Below, in pieces: positions 41,824 through 51,618 of a stretch of 64,000 nucleotides of DNA. The notes under the pieces were generated by a model. The model was not told the DNA's origin and ran no database searches. It was given only the letters and a program-made list of their open reading frames with translations. The DNA is from an uncultured Gemmatimonadota bacterium (lineage in GTDB: Bacteria > Gemmatimonadota > Gemmatimonadetes > Palauibacterales > Palauibacteraceae), in the NCBI GenBank assembly GCA_913043255.1, contig CAJWLK010000001.1, forward strand, positions 407,045 to 471,044. The letters are read 5' to 3'. A program made the translations under genes and the position numbers. Each line of letters opens with the position of its first letter. Within the stretch, counting starts at the first letter, position 1.

Positions 41824-44487
41824 TCAGCTCACCAAGTTAGGTACCTTCCCCGTTGCCCATTCGCGGGCAGCTTGCAACCCTTCAGAAGCCAGTTTGGCGT
41901 CACCCACCCCACCCTGTGCAAAATGTGCTCCTCCCCCTCCACCAGAACCGGTAGCCTTACTGGAAATACGAACCAAATCTCCCGCCTTTAACCCTTTCGA
42001 TATTAGATCGTCAGATACGCTGGACAGGAAAACGTGACGATTAACATCAGGGAAAACGACATGAAGTACGACCGCGCCTGATTCAATGCGCGCTCTTAGC
42101 ATATCTCCCAACTCGGGGAGATCGGTTCCTGTGGAAAGTTCGATACGTCCGCAGAGGAAGCGTGACTCATCAGTAGAGTCTTCACCAAGGAGTTGATCCA
42201 ACTGATCGGCAGCCAACTCTCCGCGTTGCCTAGAAACTTCTTGTTCAAGGTCATCACGCTGTTCAAGGAGTCTATCAAGCCGGGGAATAAGCTCGGCGAA
42301 TGGAGAATTCAGTTTTGTTGTCATTTCACTTATCAAGCGGTCCCGCGCCAGACCCCACTCATACGCAGCCTTCCCGCTGAGTGCTTCGATCCGTCGAATT
42401 CCAGCTGCAACTCCAGTTTCCGCAACAATCTTGAATGAGCCTATCTGTCCCGTTGAGCAGACATGTGTCCCACCACATAGCTCTTTACTGACACCTCTCA
42501 CTTCTATGACTCTGACGACATCAGCATACTTTTCGCCAAACAGTCCAATTGCCCCTTCTGCGATGGCATCCTGATAATCACGCTGCGAGACCACTACGTT
42601 CGCGTTGGCAAGAATCATCTCATTAACACGAAGCTCAATCTCGCTCCGTTCGGTTTCGGATACCGGCCCTCGATGACTAAAGTCAAAACGGAACCGCTCT
42701 GGCCCAACAAGTGAACCTGCTTGTTGGACGTGCTCACCTAAGCACTCGCGAAGTGCTGCATGTAAGAGGTGGGTTGCAGTGTGGTTTCGTTCGGTTTCCG
42801 CCCTCAGCGAACGATCGACTTCTGCTACCACAGCATGCGGAGCCTTAGGGAAAACGCCCTCAACAAGAGTTCCCATCACAACCGTATATCCTGGATCCAA
42901 CTGACCTACCGCGTGGACCTCCACCACCCAGTCATCTCCATGAATCCACCCGTGATCACTAACCTGCCCGCCACTCTCTGCATAGAAGGGATTCTGTGAA
43001 AGGACAAGTGAGACATTGCCTTCAGATTGTCCCCATCGAAGAACATCCGCCTCAACCTTTAAATTCTCGTAGCCGACAAACTCTTGAGTTCCACCTCGAT
43101 CACCGACCCGTACGTCGGCCAGTGGATAGTCTAAACTTTTCACACCCGAATCAATCTCATCGGAGAGCCCAGCCCGCGAACGAGTTCGCTGTTCCTTGAG
43201 TGCCTCCTCAAAACTAGACCAATCGATCTCATATCCTCGTTCTCGAGCAATCAGTTGCGTCAAATCTTCAGGAATTCCGAAAGTGTCCTTGAGTTTAAAT
43301 GCCGTGTCTCCTGACACAGTACCCGACCCTCCTTCGGGCATCGCTACGTCAATTTCACCCATGCCTCCTTCAATGGTTGAAAGAAAGAGGTCTTCTTCAG
43401 CGACAGTTGTACTCAACAAATGCTCGCGTCGCGTTGCTAGTTCAGGGAACGTGTGCGACATGTTATCGACCACAATCCCAACTAGTTGGTGGAGCAAAGG
43501 TTCCCTTCGGCCAAGAAGCCAGTAATGTCGAACAGCCCGCCGGAGAATCCGGCGCAGGACATAGCCGCGTTTTTCGTTCGAAGGGAAGACGCCATCGGCG
43601 AGCAAAAACGCGACAGCCCGCGCGTGATCCGCTAACACTCGGAAGGGGACACCTGCCTCCCAATCGTTGGGATCCATAGAATATTTGATCCCAAGAGATT
43701 CCCCTGCCGCCTTAATGAGTGGAAGGAAAAGATCAGTGTGGAAGTTGGTTCCTGAGCCCTGAACAATCGAGGCAATGCGTTCAAGTCCGGCACCCGTGTC
43801 GATGGATGGCGCAGGCAGTGGAACGTCGACCCCCTCAGGAGATCGATCGAATTGCATAAAGACCAGGTTCCAGATTTCCATAAATCTGTCGGCCTCTCCA
43901 GCAACCTCGAACTGCTCATCAGTGATTCGGTCGTCGACTTCTTTTCGAAGATCGTAGTGTAACTCGGAACACGGACCGCATGGCCCTGTCTCTCCCATTT
44001 GCCAGAAGTTGTCTTTATCACCTAAGCGACGAACACGAGAAGGAGGCAGTGGAGTTAGATCTGTCCAAAGTTTGAACGCTTCATCATCGGTATGATGCAC
44101 CGTCGCCCATAACCGATCAGGATCCAGTCCGAGTTCGACGGTCACAAACTCCCATGCAAAGCTAATCGCCTCCGACTTAAAATAGTCACCGAATGAGAAG
44201 TTTCCGAGCATCTCGAAAAACGTATGGTGTCGAGCTGTCCGTCCTACTTCTTCAAGATCATTATGTTTGCCGCTTACGCGCAGGCACTTTTGCGAAGTGA
44301 CAGCGCGGTCAGCTGGTGCGTCTAATTCACCTTGGAACGAACGTTTGAATTGCACCATACCTGCGTTTGTGAATAGCAGCGTAGGATCATCTTGTGGAAT
44401 CAAGGAGCTGCTGGGTAAGTGCAGGTGGCCCTGACGCTCAAAATAGGAAACGAAGCGGGCTCTTAACTCGTCAGTAGTCATCTTCAC
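41824..44487 (-). CDS. alaS: Alanine--tRNA ligase
   Basis: 887 aa with class II motifs, editing domain and C-terminal DHHA1-like region. Confidence 0.95.
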   Translation of the reverse strand: MKMTTDELRARFVSYFERQGHLHLPSSSLIPQDDPTLLFTNAGMVQFKRSFQGELDAPADRAVTSQKCLRVSGKHNDLEEVGRTARHHTFFEMLGNFSFGDYFKSEAISFAWEFVTVELGLDPDRLWATVHHTDDEAFKLWTDLTPLPPSRVRRLGDKDNFWQMGETGPCGPCSELHYDLRKEVDDRITDEQFEVAGEADRFMEIWNLVFMQFDRSPEGVDVPLPAPSIDTGAGLERIASIVQGSGTNFHTDLFLPLIKAAGESLGIKYSMDPNDWEAGVPFRVLADHARAVAFLLADGVFPSNEKRGYVLRRILRRAVRHYWLLGRREPLLHQLVGIVVDNMSHTFPELATRREHLLSTTVAEEDLFLSTIEGGMGEIDVAMPEGGSGTVSGDTAFKLKDTFGIPEDLTQLIARERGYEIDWSSFEEALKEQRTRSRAGLSDEIDSGVKSLDYPLADVRVGDRGGTQEFVGYENLKVEADVLRWGQSEGNVSLVLSQNPFYAESGGQVSDHGWIHGDDWVVEVHAVGQLDPGYTVVMGTLVEGVFPKAPHAVVAEVDRSLRAETERNHTATHLLHAALRECLGEHVQQAGSLVGPERFRFDFSHRGPVSETERSEIELRVNEMILANANVVVSQRDYQDAIAEGAIGLFGEKYADVVRVIEVRGVSKELCGGTHVCSTGQIGSFKIVAETGVAAGIRRIEALSGKAAYEWGLARDRLISEMTTKLNSPFAELIPRLDRLLEQRDDLEQEVSRQRGELAADQLDQLLGEDSTDESRFLCGRIELSTGTDLPELGDMLRARIESGAVVLHVVFPDVNRHVFLSSVSDDLISKGLKAGDLVRISSKATGSGGGGGAHFAQGGVGDAKLASEGLQAAREWATGKVPNLVS

Positions 44488-44517
44488 CTGTCCGAATCTT
44501 CGTTTTTCCCAAACCTT

Positions 44518-45162
44518 TTAATGTAGTTCTTCGGACCACCGGGTATCGATCCACTTCCGTACATTTTCCGAGGAAAAGCCACGACGGGACAGGTAACCGA
44601 ACAACCGTCGGCGCGCCACTCCCTTATCCAGATCATCTAGTTTGGATGCTCGAGCCGAAGCTACTTGTTGTAAAAGCTCATGTTCGTTTACGTCTTGCTC
44701 CATCATGGCGCTCTCAATTCCATCATCCGCGTCGCAGGATGATACACCCCGCGATAGGAGATCAGCTTTCATTCGTCGCACACCGCATGGACGAAGACGA
44801 ATACGGTCGCGCGCAAATGCTGCCGCAAAATTCCGGTCGTCAAGATACCCGAGTGTCGTTAAACGATCGATCGTCTGTTCGATCGTCTCCTGCTCCAATT
44901 TTTCACGGAGCAGCCTCAACTCAATCTCACGACAACTTCGTGGTCGTACTGAAAGGTAGCGTAGCCCGACACGCATCGCCTCTGCGAGTTCTGCTGTGCT
45001 CTGCAAACTAGCAAGATCGGTTTCGTTAATCGTAGAACCGATGGTCAAACCGAGCCGCGCAATATCCTGGTCGGGGAGTAGAATGCATGAAGCGCCGTCC
45101 ACCTGGATTTCTATCCAACCAGACCGGCGCTTAACTGGGGAAAGTGCAGTTACACTGGGCAC
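44518..45162 (-). CDS. recX: RecA regulator RecX
   Basis: Three-repeat helical protein directly downstream of recA. Confidence 0.8.
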   Translation of the reverse strand: MPSVTALSPVKRRSGWIEIQVDGASCILLPDQDIARLGLTIGSTINETDLASLQSTAELAEAMRVGLRYLSVRPRSCREIELRLLREKLEQETIEQTIDRLTTLGYLDDRNFAAAFARDRIRLRPCGVRRMKADLLSRGVSSCDADDGIESAMMEQDVNEHELLQQVASARASKLDDLDKGVARRRLFGYLSRRGFSSENVRKWIDTRWSEELH

Positions 45163-45217
45163 AAGAGCCTATCTCTCGTAATGCACCTCGACGATACGGA
45201 TTCGCTCATCCGTCGAG

Positions 45218-46291
45218 TTAAGCATCTCCCGAGACGACTGCTTGAGCCGTCTTTGCAGTTTCAGTATCATCACTGTCTGCTGAGACAGACATGCCTAGTT
45301 CTTCACGAATCAACGCCTCAATTTCTTCGGCAATGTCCGGATTTTCGCAGAGAAACGCCTTAGAATTTTCCCGCCCTTGCCCGAGTCGCAGGTCATTGCC
45401 ATAGGAATACCACGCTCCCGCTCGGTTTACTACGCCAATCTCCTCACCCATATCAATAAGTAGCCCTTCGCGACTCACTCCGCGGTTAAACATTATGTCG
45501 AACTCAGCCTGCTTAAAGGGCGGGGCACACTTGTTCTTCACAACCTTAACTCGCGTACGATTCCCAATCTGGTCATTCGCTTCTTTGATCGACGCGATAC
45601 GTCGGATGTCCAGGCGCAGCGATGCATAAAACTTGAGTGCACGGCCACCACTCGTGGTTTCTGGGCTTCCATACATGACCCCGATCTTTTCACGAATTTG
45701 ATTTGTGAAAATCACAGCTGTGTTTGACCGACCTATAGCACCGGTAAGCTTTCGCAATGCTTGGGACATAAGCCGAGCTTGAAGACCGACATGTGAATCT
45801 CCCATCTCACCTTCGATCTCCGCACGGGGAACAAGTGCGGCAACTGAATCAACGACGACGACATCTAAGGCACTTGATCGAACTAACACTTCGGCAATCT
45901 CAAGTGCTTGTTCTCCAGTATCTGGCTGGGAGACGAGGAGGTTCTCAATATCGACCCCTAACTTCTGCGCGTACCCAACATCAAGGGCATGTTCGACATC
46001 GATAAAGGCAGCAACCCCACCATCTTTTTGGGCGTTCGCAATCACCTGGAGCGTCATCGTTGTTTTTCCGGATGATTCTGGGCCATAAATCTCGGTGACA
46101 CGGGAACGAGGCACTCCTCCAATACCCGTAGCGTAATCTAAATTGAGCGCACCTGTTGAAATGGCAGGAATCTGGATCCGTGCACCTTCATTGCCTAAAC
46201 GCATAATGGCCCCCTTGCCATGGGACCGCTCAATTTGGTCTACCGCTAAGGACAATGCCTTTTTTCGTTCCTTATTCGTCTCCACACCCAT
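45218..46291 (-). CDS. recA: Recombinase RecA. The start was moved to the ATG at 46291, which has a GGAGAG RBS; the track ORF begins at an upstream TTG.
   Basis: Walker [11 protein letters not shown]1/L2 loops and near-universal conservation. Confidence 0.95.
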   Translation of the reverse strand: MGVETNKERKKALSLAVDQIERSHGKGAIMRLGNEGARIQIPAISTGALNLDYATGIGGVPRSRVTEIYGPESSGKTTMTLQVIANAQKDGGVAAFIDVEHALDVGYAQKLGVDIENLLVSQPDTGEQALEIAEVLVRSSALDVVVVDSVAALVPRAEIEGEMGDSHVGLQARLMSQALRKLTGAIGRSNTAVIFTNQIREKIGVMYGSPETTSGGRALKFYASLRLDIRRIASIKEANDQIGNRTRVKVVKNKCAPPFKQAEFDIMFNRGVSREGLLIDMGEEIGVVNRAGAWYSYGNDLRLGQGRENSKAFLCENPDIAEEIEALIREELGMSVSADSDDTETAKTAQAVVSGDA

Positions 46292-46568
46292 TTCACACTC
46301 TCCAAAGTTCACGAGCTCGCAGATTCCTACGTCGGACAGCAAGCTCAGCTACCAAGCGATACTAATTGAGAATACTACGGATTCTTACCTTTCGCAATTT
46401 ATTCGGTTTTTAGGGCAGTGAGGGGGGGGCACATTTCGGGCCCTATTCGGTTTTTCCGTTCGGTTGAGAATATGAATCATTAAATAAGGGGGGATATCAG
46501 GTGCCTCCCCCCTCTTAAGTGCTTAACCGCGCGTAGAGTCACTTCGTAAATGAGCGTGAAGCTTAAGC

Positions 46569-46940
46569 TTAAGGAACCTGAGACACCCCAATATCTCTCA
46601 TAGCTCCACACAGGTGGCAGAACGATGAACCCTCACCCAACATCGCCCCGCATGAACCACAGTTATTTGAAGGACCAGATCCCATGCGAATCATTTCCTC
46701 CTCGTCACGAGCAAGAAGGGCTGTTCGTTCAAGACCCGAGCGTGTGAGTTCATATTCCTCAGAGGTAATTTTTCGGGTCTGATAATCGAGTTCGAGATCA
46801 CGTAGCGCTTCAATTGCGGCATCACGGCGTTCAGCAGGGACCAACACTGTTCCCGTATCTTCTCCGGCGCGAAGTGCAGCCCAAACTATTGTCACCAAAA
46901 GGATAAATAGAATCCCTCCGAACAGCACGAATCCGGTCAC
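46569..46940 (-). CDS. Small membrane protein with a C-terminal zinc ribbon (CxxC-x13-CxxC)
   Basis: N-terminal TM helix, charged linker and C-terminal CGSCG...CHLCG motif. Confidence 0.45.
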   Translation of the reverse strand: MTGFVLFGGILFILLVTIVWAALRAGEDTGTVLVPAERRDAAIEALRDLELDYQTRKITSEEYELTRSGLERTALLARDEEEMIRMGSGPSNNCGSCGAMLGEGSSFCHLCGAMRDIGVSQVP

Positions 46941-47452
46941 GATGTTGACCGCCTACGTGCCTCTGCCAGTTCAACCGCACGTGCGACTGCCTCACTGGGA
47001 CTAGATGCAAGCTCTTCCAGAACGTCATTAGGCAAGGCGGTTTCAAGGCCAATGAGGGGCACGTGAAATTTCCGACAGAATGCGGCTTCACTAAGTGTCC
47101 CCCATTCACCGGCAATGGCGATCACCGCTTCAGATGATCTTACCACCAATACGTTCCTTGCCTCACCCAGTCCCGTTGGGAGGGGGATCGATATGCCAGA
47201 AGCAGCATCAGCGGGATCGGAACCAGGAAGAATGCCGATGACGACACCTCCCTCTTGGGCAGCACCAACCGCCGCCGCCGCCATAACACCACCGAGCCCT
47301 CCGCACACGACTATGGCCTCTGCCCGGGCGATCGCCGATCCAACTTCTTTCGCCAACTCCCCCACCGAATCCGAAACTGATCCGGAGCCGATCACACCAA
47401 TTCGAAGTGGTTGGTTCAGTGTACCCTTTTTAGAAAACCACCCAGGGCTCAC
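46937..47452 (-). CDS. TIGR00725/LOG-like (Rossmann, DprA/LOG superfamily) protein
   Basis: IGVIGSGS glycine-rich motif followed by VVCGGLGGVM. Confidence 0.7.
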   Translation of the reverse strand: MSPGWFSKKGTLNQPLRIGVIGSGSVSDSVGELAKEVGSAIARAEAIVVCGGLGGVMAAAAVGAAQEGGVVIGILPGSDPADAASGISIPLPTGLGEARNVLVVRSSEAVIAIAGEWGTLSEAAFCRKFHVPLIGLETALPNDVLEELASSPSEAVARAVELAEARRRSTS

Positions 47453-47453
47453 T

Positions 47454-47888
47454 TCATCGCTCCAAGATCAAAGTGACCGGACCATTATTGATCAATTCCA
47501 CCTCCATCATCGCCCCAAAGTTCCCTTCTGCTACAGGTCCATATTCCCGGCACAGTCCAGTGAACTCCTCAAAGAGTGGGCTCGCGGCCTCAGGTGCCGC
47601 AGCACCTACAAAAGACGGCCGTCTACCACGATTCACATCTCCATAGAGAGTAAACTGTGATACCACGAGCATCTGGCCGCCTATATCGGTTGCACTGAGG
47701 TTCATTTTTCCTTCAGCGTCAGGGAAGATCCTAAGACCCCATAATTTCTCAGCCATCCACCGCAGCTGATCATGTCCATCCTTTGATGCGAACCCGACGA
47801 GCACCAGCAGCCCGGTCTCAATCATTCCCACAACTTCACCCTCTACTCGAACCTGTGCTTTGGAAACTCGTTGAACGACAACACGCAT
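47454..47888 (-). CDS. dtd: D-aminoacyl-tRNA deacylase. The start was moved to the ATG at 47888.
   Basis: N-terminal MRVVVQRV and SQFTLYGD motif. Confidence 0.88.
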   Translation of the reverse strand: MRVVVQRVSKAQVRVEGEVVGMIETGLLVLVGFASKDGHDQLRWMAEKLWGLRIFPDAEGKMNLSATDIGGQMLVVSQFTLYGDVNRGRRPSFVGAAAPEAASPLFEEFTGLCREYGPVAEGNFGAMMEVELINNGPVTLILER

Positions 47889-48130
47889 AACTATCAAAGA
47901 CCTCAAACAAAGCAAGTGTACCTAAGGTTTCCCACATCTAGAAATAAAACAGGCACTTTCAAAAAATATCACTGACCCTCATGTCTCATCGAATGACTTA
48001 ACATCATAATTCATATTACACGATTTTTATACACCTGACCCATATATTTCTCAATCACTTTTTAAAGAAATACACTTACAAAACACCTGAGAGGAGGATC
48101 ATCACGAAGTCAATTATTACTTTTTTACAC

Positions 48131-50137
48131 TTAGAGAGTTTGCCCCGTCAAAATTGACAGATCAGCCAAGGAACGAACCTCAAAACGAGTCGCAGTCTGG
48201 TCGAGACGAGCTAGCAAGCGGTTAAGTAATGCATCTTTTGGAAGAGTGCGACGCAAACCATCAACCGCAGCTACAATGATCAATCGCTCGCGGGCACGTG
48301 AAAGTGCAACATTCAGAAGGCGCGGAAAATCTGGATTGCGACGTTCATCTAAAAACCAACTTCTACTAGGTGGCGCATCAACTGTGTCAATAACCACGAT
48401 ACGTTTCTCACGACCTTGAAAACGATGTATGGTACTCACCTGAACACCTTGTGGTGCCGACTTACCTAAACGACGTCGTACAAGGTCTTTAAGGTGTGTC
48501 GTGTGTGCCCGGTAGGGAGATACCACACCAATATCACCTGCTCCGACTCGACCAGCCTCGGCGAGAAACTCCAAAACCACTTCGGCATGAACAGAATTCC
48601 GCCGAGAACCGTCAATACGTTCAACCGATGGATCAAGTGAAGAAGTATCGAAGATCACTATTTGGTCGCCGATGGGTAGACCTCGCGTCATCTGCGGCGC
48701 ATCGGTCAACCGCCCGTCATAAAAGAACTCACTCACTATCTGTCGAATATCGGGCGCCATTCGGTACTGAACATCAAGCATCGCGCACAAACCATCGTTC
48801 GGAGATGGCAAGGCAATATGTCCTTTATCCGTCGACACAACGCCTGTCTCGTGAAAGAGGTCTCGGCGAAACCAACGGCGGGCCGCAGGACCACGGCTAA
48901 TTACCACCGGAGGCAGTTGTTGAAAATCACCAACGCCCACCGTTCGGCATGAAGTCCTCGAGGCTGCAAGAGCAAGGTATGGCAAGGGAACGGTACTTAT
49001 TTCATCGACAATGAGGGATTCATAGTGCAGACTGCGAAGTTCTTCCCGTACGGATAATCGGGCCAATGTCGTTAAAATAACCTCCGCCTCCTCAAGCATT
49101 TGAGCTGCCTGTCGAGAAATCTCAAAGATAGCACGACTAGCTGCACGTGCCGCCTCTCCATCACCATGAACCCCAGCTAGAGCGAACAATCGAGCTGCTC
49201 GAGATCTTGGCCTAGATCTATCGTGAGCCACCGAAGCAGCCCTCGGACGCTGTCGTACACCAAGACGACCCTCAATGTCTTTGAGAACCTCGGCTATTTT
49301 GCCCGCTCCCGCTTCAACACGACGGGCAAGACAAGCCTCAAAATCAAGCCTTGGATCGATAGCATCCGACCTAATATCGGAGCCCACACGCAGAATCCGA
49401 CCCCCTTCTAACTGAGCAGGATCAGCGACCCTGCTCAGTCGCCTTGCTACTTCATCTACTGCTCCATTCGTGGCCGCCGTAATAAGCACCCTCCCCTGAC
49501 GTGCTAGCTCAAGGGCTGCTCGCGCTACAAGTCGAGATTTTCCTGTCCCCGGGGGGCCCCAAACAAGCTGAACATCACTTCCAAGAATTCGACCAAGTGC
49601 GGCACTTTGTGGCCCGTTCAAGTCCGATGAACTGGCGAGGACAGATGGTCCTACCCCCAAGCTAGGCGGCTCTATCCCGAAAGTGTTAAGAACGGTTTTT
49701 GGGAAAAAGTTCTGTGGCTCTGCTGCAAGTTCTCTTAGCCGGATTGACAGTTCACACAAAAGCCATGTCGGATCGAACTCTAGCTCGACCCCATTGGGGC
49801 TGTCACCGATCCATTCAATCAAATCCAACTGCAGTAGGCCCGAGGAACGGTCAAATGCCACGACATTTCCCAAACTCTCTCGCCCCCCAGTACGAAGACG
49901 TACGTGATCATCGGCTCGAATGTCGTACATTCCTCCCGTAATCTGAAATTCATACCGGTGGCCAACACCTGACTCGCGGCGTACCCAACCGGCGAGGGTA
50001 GAAATAGGGCTGTCCAACTGACGTCGAGTCAGATCTGTCTGGATTGCTTCAATCTCTTCCTCGATCGCGAGTTGGCAGTCCGCCAACAAGAGGTGGAGCG
50101 GCCCCAGGGAATCAGGAGCAGCCATGTCAGACGCCAA
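48131..50137 (-). CDS. Superfamily-1 Upf1/DNA2-like helicase with a ~190-aa uncharacterised N-terminal domain
   Basis: Walker A GPPGTGKS, DE box (LIVDEIS) and motif VI (VALSRARERL). Confidence 0.75.
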   Translation of the reverse strand: MASDMAAPDSLGPLHLLLADCQLAIEEEIEAIQTDLTRRQLDSPISTLAGWVRRESGVGHRYEFQITGGMYDIRADDHVRLRTGGRESLGNVVAFDRSSGLLQLDLIEWIGDSPNGVELEFDPTWLLCELSIRLRELAAEPQNFFPKTVLNTFGIEPPSLGVGPSVLASSSDLNGPQSAALGRILGSDVQLVWGPPGTGKSRLVARAALELARQGRVLITAATNGAVDEVARRLSRVADPAQLEGGRILRVGSDIRSDAIDPRLDFEACLARRVEAGAGKIAEVLKDIEGRLGVRQRPRAASVAHDRSRPRSRAARLFALAGVHGDGEAARAASRAIFEISRQAAQMLEEAEVILTTLARLSVREELRSLHYESLIVDEISTVPLPYLALAASRTSCRTVGVGDFQQLPPVVISRGPAARRWFRRDLFHETGVVSTDKGHIALPSPNDGLCAMLDVQYRMAPDIRQIVSEFFYDGRLTDAPQMTRGLPIGDQIVIFDTSSLDPSVERIDGSRRNSVHAEVVLEFLAEAGRVGAGDIGVVSPYRAHTTHLKDLVRRRLGKSAPQGVQVSTIHRFQGREKRIVVIDTVDAPPSRSWFLDERRNPDFPRLLNVALSRARERLIIVAAVDGLRRTLPKDALLNRLLARLDQTATRFEVRSLADLSILTGQTL

Positions 50138-51572
50138 AGGAATTCAGCCGAGAAGCCTGGATTGGAGTTCGGACCAGCTTTCCCAGGCATTGCACGCTGC
50201 TAGCAAGTGGACGATTGAGTATCGGGACGGCATTGCCGAACTCCCCGTGTTGCCTCAAGTCCAACCCGGCGACATTCGTTCCCATCTCGCACAAAAACCA
50301 CCGTCGGAAGGAGAGCCTTTCGAAAAGGTTCTCGCAGATTTTGACAAATATATCGTTCCCGGTCTCACACACTGGAACCACCCTGGTTTTCTGGCCTATT
50401 TCTCTAGCTGTACACGCGGCCCTAGCGTGGCGGCCGAATTGCTCATCGCTGCGGTAGGGGTAAACGCAATGTTGTGGCGTACGTCCCCGGCCGCGACCGA
50501 AGTCGAATTATTAGCAGTAGACTGGCTGCGACAAGCAGTCAATCTTCCAGAAGTATACTCGGGGCTCATCTTCGACACCGCATCGACATCAACCTTTACA
50601 GCACTTCTCGCGGCTCGAGAACACGTGGGTGCCGACATTCGCGAAAACGGTCTGACCGATGGACCTCGGCTCATGCTCTACACATCAGAGCAATCTCACT
50701 CCTCGGTGGAGAAGGCCGCCATTGCAGCAGGCCTCGGACGCAAATCCGTCCGAAAGATCAAGGTTGATGAGAGGTTCCGGATGCGGACTGACGCACTCGA
50801 ACAAGCAATAACGGAAGACCGCCAGAAAGGAGCTCTACCAGCCATGGTCTGCGCTACGGTCGGGACCACATCCACCGGCAGCGTAGACCCCGTCAACAAG
50901 ATCGGCGAAATAGCACGAGACCACGGAGCTTGGTTACATGTCGACGCCGCTTACGCGGGTTCAGGAGCGCTACTGCCGGAACTAGCGTCGAACTTCGCAG
51001 GGTGGGAGAGTGCGGATTCGATCGTAATCAATCCGCACAAATGGATGGGCACATCTTTGGATTGTTCAGTATTATTATATCGAAACTCAACGCCCTTCCG
51101 CTCCTCACTCGCTCTAACACCTGCATACTTAGAATCTGAGCAGCCCAATTCCAACCTTATGGACATAGGCGTACCACTCGGACGGCGGTTTCGAGGACTG
51201 AAGCTCTGGGTACTTTTCCGGTGTGTAGGGATAGCGGGGCTAGCTGAAAGTATAAGGAATCATATTGAGATAGCCGAGGCGGCTGCTGCGAGGTTAGATG
51301 CTAACCCCCGGTTCAATCTCGCAGCACCCGTTTCATTCAGTACGGTATGCTTCCGAGCGGTAGGTTTAGGTGACGTGGAGGCAGAGGATCGCTGGAACCG
51401 TGATATTCTAAGTCGAGTAAACGCAGAAGGACGTGTCTTTTTATCACACACGGAGCTTGAAGGCCGATATACTCTTCGACTATCTGTAGGGAGCGTAGAC
51501 ACTGAGTCAAGGCACGTTATGGAGGCGTTAGATGCTCTGGAGCGTGCGGCCAATGATCTGATACCCGGATAG
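50124..51572 (+). CDS. PLP-dependent group II decarboxylase (aromatic-L-amino-acid / tyrosine decarboxylase-like)
   Basis: PLP-Lys motif NPHKW and DDC-like N-terminal region (LPVLPQVQPGDIRSHL). Confidence 0.85.
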   Translation: MSDAKGIQPRSLDWSSDQLSQALHAASKWTIEYRDGIAELPVLPQVQPGDIRSHLAQKPPSEGEPFEKVLADFDKYIVPGLTHWNHPGFLAYFSSCTRGPSVAAELLIAAVGVNAMLWRTSPAATEVELLAVDWLRQAVNLPEVYSGLIFDTASTSTFTALLAAREHVGADIRENGLTDGPRLMLYTSEQSHSSVEKAAIAAGLGRKSVRKIKVDERFRMRTDALEQAITEDRQKGALPAMVCATVGTTSTGSVDPVNKIGEIARDHGAWLHVDAAYAGSGALLPELASNFAGWESADSIVINPHKWMGTSLDCSVLLYRNSTPFRSSLALTPAYLESEQPNSNLMDIGVPLGRRFRGLKLWVLFRCVGIAGLAESIRNHIEIAEAAAARLDANPRFNLAAPVSFSTVCFRAVGLGDVEAEDRWNRDILSRVNAEGRVFLSHTELEGRYTLRLSVGSVDTESRHVMEALDALERAANDLIPG

Positions 51573-51618
51573 GCCAGTATAAGCATGGCCACCATCGACT
51601 AGGCATCTGGAGACCACT

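Noticed and set aside
46555-46570. Tandem AAGCTT/CTTAAG palindromes (aagcttaagcttaagg) at the end of the zinc-ribbon membrane gene
   Set aside because: Probably a fortuitous overlapping palindrome at a gene stop. It is too short to call as a regulatory site alone and is mentioned only within the recA-leader finding.
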